Assembly: GCA_965235115.1 (NCBI GenBank)
Contig: OZ249450.1
Location: forward strand, 15,438,001 to 15,502,000
DNA from: Laetmonice hystrix
Taxonomy: Eukaryota
Direction of reading: 5' to 3'
Length of the DNA stretch: 64,000 nt
Part shown: one piece after another, positions 59,121-64,000 of the stretch
Layout: each line of letters opens with the position of its first letter
How positions within the stretch are numbered: position 1 is the stretch's first letter
Program-made: the position numbers and the translations under genes
Notes under the pieces: generated by a model
What the model saw: only the letters and a program-made list of their open reading frames with translations
The model's database searches: none
What the model was told of the DNA's origin: nothing

Positions 59121-60261
59121 CTAGTCACCATGTCCCATTCAATAGTCACACGGCTGTAAAAATTTCTTCAAAAACGTCACGTCAACACGTCAGATGCCCG
59201 CGTCTGTTTCGCAATAAATCCCCGGTCAGACCTGGTATGTAGGCCTATACCTGGAATATGCTACTTGCCAACCGGGCATGTGTTCTGTGAATTTCTAGTC
59301 ACCCGAGCTCAAATTCTGTCGCCTCGGTCGACCGGTCGACTTCAAATGCCACCCTTGTAGAAACTAGAAGTTAACTTCAAATGGTATAATTGCAAAAGTA
59401 GGAATTAAACTTGGTCCACAAATTTCTTGTGGGCACATTTTGATAGTCCGGAGGTGATCTGGCCCATTTAAAAAATTTTCTTACGGGGATCTTGCTGCTG
59501 CTAGAATCTTGCTAGGTGGCTAACTGATCAGAATTTTTATGAGCCACATTCATAATAAATTTACAAAGTAATACTCTGCTTTTGGACCCTGGTCTGAGCC
59601 CATGAGATACGTCTCTGGTCAAAGGAATGCATTTCTTCTTTTTTGTTTACCTCTAATAATATACATGTAAAGCCCATGACTTCAAAACCAATGTTGAAAT
59701 AGTAGTCAGGTAATTTGTAAAATAAAGATCAGGGTTCTCCCCAGGATGAAATCACAGCCAGGGGGAAATTTAATCAGGAAACCTGCACAGAGCCAGCAGG
59801 CCCTCTGCCAGTGCCATTCAGGACTGTCTGTGCCAAGGACGGAGTCCTGAGGGGGCTGGAATTGGAAATGGCAATAATTAGTCCGTGGCTGGGGAAAGAG
59901 AAACTTTGTCACAGTGTATAAAGACAGAACTTTTATATCTGGCAACCACTGATTGCATACCGGTACACTAGACTGATGAAGATGGTTGACCATGCTGCCA
60001 CCTGCCACCTAATTAATCTCATAGAACTGTAATGGGACAGTGGGTGGAAAGACCAACTCTCTTTGTTTCCACTTACCGGTAGTCACATGGGCAAGGGTGG
60101 TCTGTTGTGTCCCTGGATGCACAAATTACGGGGGTGTATTCACAAAATAGAGTATGACAAAGGGCGGGGAAGGTTAATTAATTAATGCAGTAGGCTGAGT
60201 AGCCTGCGCAGACATATGCATCACTGACGGTAGGCCTAGATCTCGTACTTTTTAAAAGTAA

Positions 60262-60508
60262 AGGCCAACACACACAATGCGATTACCCGTCGCACGACGG
60301 TCTCACGACGGTCCGTCGCTATGGCAATAAATGGCCTGCAACAGCCTGCGACCGTCGCAGACGTTCTGACAGTGCCAGAACCTCTGCGACGGTCGCAAGA
60401 CTCCATTCCGTCCTGTGTAGATGAGCTCGGGTCAAAAACTGGGTCACGACGGTCGCGTCGCAAGGAGTTGCAAGGAGTTGCAAGCAGTCGCAGTGTGTGT
60501 GTTGGCCT
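60262..60508. mobile_element. PIF/Harbinger-like MITE (247 bp)
   Basis: TIR AGGCCAACACACAC; canonical TAA TSD (60259-60261 and 60509-60511); internal CGACGGTCGC repeats. Confidence 0.9.
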
Positions 60509-61136
60509 TAAGCCCACTAAACTTTTAAAGTTTAAATTAAAGTCTACTGTATCACGGAAGTCTAATATTTGAAAGTAGATATGTTTGTTATCTGTATAGG
60601 CATAGGCCTAGCCCAGGGCTAGGGAGCTGGCCTAGGCCTTGGTGCTGGGCAGCCCCTGCTAGCTGATTGGCCTGAACCAGGATTGCATGCAGCAATCAGT
60701 TTCAAGCATAATTTGTGGTCTCGATGATCATGCAGTTAGTTGTTTATGATATTCGGACCCTGAATCAGGACAGCGTAGTGTACGGCCAGTAATGTCGCTG
60801 TAGACGATAGTGTCTACAAGACTCGAGAGTCTCTAATAGGGCTAGGCCTTGCACAGCAAGCACAGTCGTGCGGTTTCACAAGCAGATTCCCCTCGTTCTA
60901 ATCTAGTTGACAGCCCTGCCTTCAAACAGCGTCTTTCTTCCAAAGAGGTAGACCTACGTAATATTCTAAAACATTATCTTGCATTTTTCTTGGGTTAAAT
61001 AACTTTACTGATGGAAAGCACGGTGAGTAGGCCAAGCCTATTTTGATGTTTAATTTATTTATTTTGCTGACTGATATGTTTATTTCAGTTCCAGAAGTCC
61101 ACCATCTTTTGTGGAAGCTCATCTAGAGGCCTACCA

Positions 61137-63819
61137 ATGAATGCGCTCCCAGCAAACTTGGCCAGCATGTTGGCCATGAAGAAAAGAGATTCCGATACCT
61201 ATTCAACGCACTCAGTTGCGTCAAGGAGTTCGGAGCGACGAAAGTCGTCAAGGTTCTCCTTCAGGCGTATGTTTCGGCGTTCTTCAACACGATCAGCTCG
61301 CCTGGCCAAGTCAGCTTCTGAGCTCGAGACGCGCTCGGTCAGCTCTATTCAGACATCTGGGGAGAGGGACCTTGCATTGCAGTCTGTGAGCTCAGAGGAA
61401 AGTTCGAGCAGCGGGCGAGTACGGCAATACATGGAGTGCCCTCTCTGTCTTGCAAGGGTGAGCGTCATACAAATCTTATTAAGTTAAGAACACTTGAAAA
61501 GGTCAAATTGATGTTAACAGTTATATGATTTAGATGGGTTTTTTTTATCGAATACTGTAGGAAAACAGACCTATGATATCAGGTTTGGTGTTTGCTTGTA
61601 ACTATGAAGATTTAGAGTTTCATTTAGAAGAGTATTGAGATTGAATGTGGTGCATTCCAGCAACCTGAGGACCAGTTTCCAGTGATAATGACATGTCATC
61701 ATCGCTCATGTCACGAGTGCTTGAGACAATACCTACGTATTGAGATCATGGAGAGCCGGGTTAACATCGCCTGCCCGGAATGTGCGGAAAAGTTTCATCC
61801 CAATGACATTAAGATGATCTTGGCTGAGGACGAACTGATGAGGAAGTATGAAGAATTCATGTTACGCCGTGTCATGGTGTCAGAACCTGATGCTCGTTGG
61901 TGTCCAGCTCCGGACTGTGGGTAAGGACGATTGCATCATTTAACGCTCTATTTATTTATTGTGATTACCATAATTTTTCGAGTAGAGCCACGGCCTTTTA
62001 TATAAACTGCAGGCCATTTTTGGAGCAAAACTCTTAGAAAAAAAAGTTGGGTCTCAACCCTATGAAACATGCTGAAACGTTTATCACTATCAGTTAGATG
62101 CTGCACCAGCTTGGTTATAGTTTGAAATGTTGCTGTCCATACGCCAGTATCACCATCATCTCCTATTGAAGACAATATGATACACCTTTGTTTCATTTAA
62201 ACTTATGACGATGGATTGTGAAGCACTCTTTTGATTAATGCGTTTTCATGGAAATCTCAGAGATTTTTCACAACTTTTTTTAATCTGTTTGACTAGATAT
62301 GCAGTCATTGCCAGTGGTTGTGCCAGCTGTCCCAAGTTGAAGTGTGAACGGCCTGGCTGTGACACCCACTTCTGTTACCACTGTAAGCAGCACTGGCATC
62401 CAAACCAAACCTGTGACGCAGCACGGGCCGAACGTGCAGCGCACCTCCGGTCATCTTCCATCTCCTACAGCCACGAATCTAGCTCCCAGAGTAAGTTGTA
62501 AGACCGTTGTTTTCACGTTATAGGATTTGAAAGGTGCAATTGTATGAGTGCAGGGAAGGAAACTTGCTTTTTCTAGGAACAGTAACAATGGTTATTGCAA
62601 AGTTGCATGTGTTTCTTGATTGGTTCTTGACTGAAGGCTTGTACCACAACCGCATTGCATTTGTCTTGATGGGAAGTCTTGACGTTTGTCAAGGCTATCT
62701 GCACGTGTCCCCTTTGTAACATTTCTCTGGCAAGTCTGGGGTCAGTAAAAAGAATCCTAGACCCAGATTGGAATGTTATTTTCCATTTTAAAGATCTAAG
62801 TGTACTGGCATTAGCTATTTAGTAACTTCAAAGTGTGTGGTGTAGGACAGAGTTTGATATCAAAATATTAATGATCCTGTGTTTTGATTTAATGACTTGG
62901 GTCAGCATTTTATATGATAAGGAAATGATCAAATCATCATATTATCTTTTACCAGATGAGATCAAGCCCTGCCCACGATGTGGGGCGTTTATTATCAAGA
63001 TGGACGACGGGTCATGTAATCACATGACGTGTGCAGTCTGTGGAGCCGAGTTCTGTTGGCTCTGTATGAAGGAAATATCTGACTTGCATTATCTGAGGTA
63101 AGTCAACTTATCTGACTTGCATAATCTGAGGTAAGTCAACTTACCACTGTGATTCATATCTTGACAGTTCAGAAATTATAATGCATCTTTGGACAGACAT
63201 AAAATATGCTTAATAAAAAAAAAATATAAAAAAAAGTTGGCATTTCTGTTAGGTGATTTTATTAATTTTAGGAGGAAAGATTGTGAGAAAATATACAAGA
63301 CGTACAAGAAGTACTAAATTATGTCTAACTGGTCTATTACAGCCCGTCTGGGTGCACATTCTGGGGCAAGAAGCCGTGGTCGCGGAAGAAGAAGATACTC
63401 TGGCAGTTAGGCACATTGGTTGGAGCACCTGTAGGTATCAGCCTCGTGGCTGGAATCGCTGTGCCTGCCATGATTATTGGCATACCTGTCTGGGTGGGTC
63501 GCAAGGTAAGAATGTTAGAGATTCGTTTAGTCTATTATGTTACAAATACCAGACCTTATGACCAGGCATTGTATGACCTTCTTTGTGTGTGTTCCTGTGT
63601 ATTTTGTGTTTTCACTAATGTATCTCTTAGTTCCAGGGCCGTTAACTTGCACAAAGCAAAATCCAACCATTTGCACAACTGCTCATTGATATAACTTTCT
63701 TACTCAACAGTTACACGCAAAGTATGAACATGCACCCAAGCACAAGCGCAACCTTGTGATCACCGGAGGAGTTTCAGCATCCATTCTCATTTCCCCCATT
63801 CTTGCTGGATTTGCTGTTG
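61137..63819 (+). CDS. RNF19A: RBR E3 ubiquitin ligase RNF19A/B (Dorfin) ortholog, 3' end beyond the window
   Basis: Exons 61137-61457, 61661-61920, 62297-62490, 62956-63097, 63343-63505 and 63711-63819. RING1 [61 protein letters not shown]2 IKPCPRC...[53 protein letters not shown] and two hydrophobic segments. Confidence 0.96.
63076..63143 (+). repeat. 33-bp tandem duplication of an RNF19 exon end plus splice donor
   Basis: TATCTGACTTGCAT(T/A)ATCTGAGGTAAGTCAACT occurs twice with one difference. Confidence 0.95.
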
Positions 63820-64000
63820 GTAGGTAGAGTTGGTTTCTACTATTTTAATTTAAAATGTTAAACTTCTGTTTTCTCCATACTTAAATATGAAATAATTAAA
63901 TATTTCCTGGTGTACATTGGTAGTATGGGATGAAAACAAAGGAAATATCTTTTTGGCTGATATTTGTAAAAACATTGTTGAAGGTCATTTGGTATTATTT

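Noticed and set aside
3395-61845. CTGATGA cores as possible hammerhead ribozymes (3396, 24584, 38635, 52284, 59973 and others)
   Set aside because: None is followed by a stem II and GAAA in the required geometry.

Overview
Gene-dense, intron-rich animal genomic DNA. An invertebrate, probably a marine deuterostome, is my inference from the vertebrate-like proteins and promoter motifs and the repeat types. I translated exons by hand and checked splice phases; homology calls rest on recalled human sequences, not on a search. The window holds the first coding exon of an ankyrin-repeat gene (-), a divergent FANCB-like gene (-), SMNDC1/SPF30 (+), RAB32/38 (-), an SLC22A18-like MFS transporter (+), ASPH (-), a membrane-anchored glucosidase II beta/MRH-domain paralog (-) and the 5' part of RNF19 (+). 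Six of these genes form three head-to-head pairs. Introns and intergenic DNA carry many non-autonomous DNA elements (pearl/HINE-like, Harbinger-like, pogo-like, foldback-like) and one 144-N gap. No tRNA, rRNA or CRISPR was seen. Highlights: (1) the MFS gene has a duplicated, frame-incompatible (mutually exclusive) internal exon plus two homologous alternative last exons, giving up to four carriers; (2) a type II membrane PRKCSH-like lectin with intact mannose-binding residues but no EF-hand region or HDEL; (3) a candidate poison exon in SMNDC1; (4) a FANCB-like gene that the ORF track barely shows; (5) about 20-fold enrichment of the palindrome TAGGCCTA, clustered at 47.7-50.2 kb.
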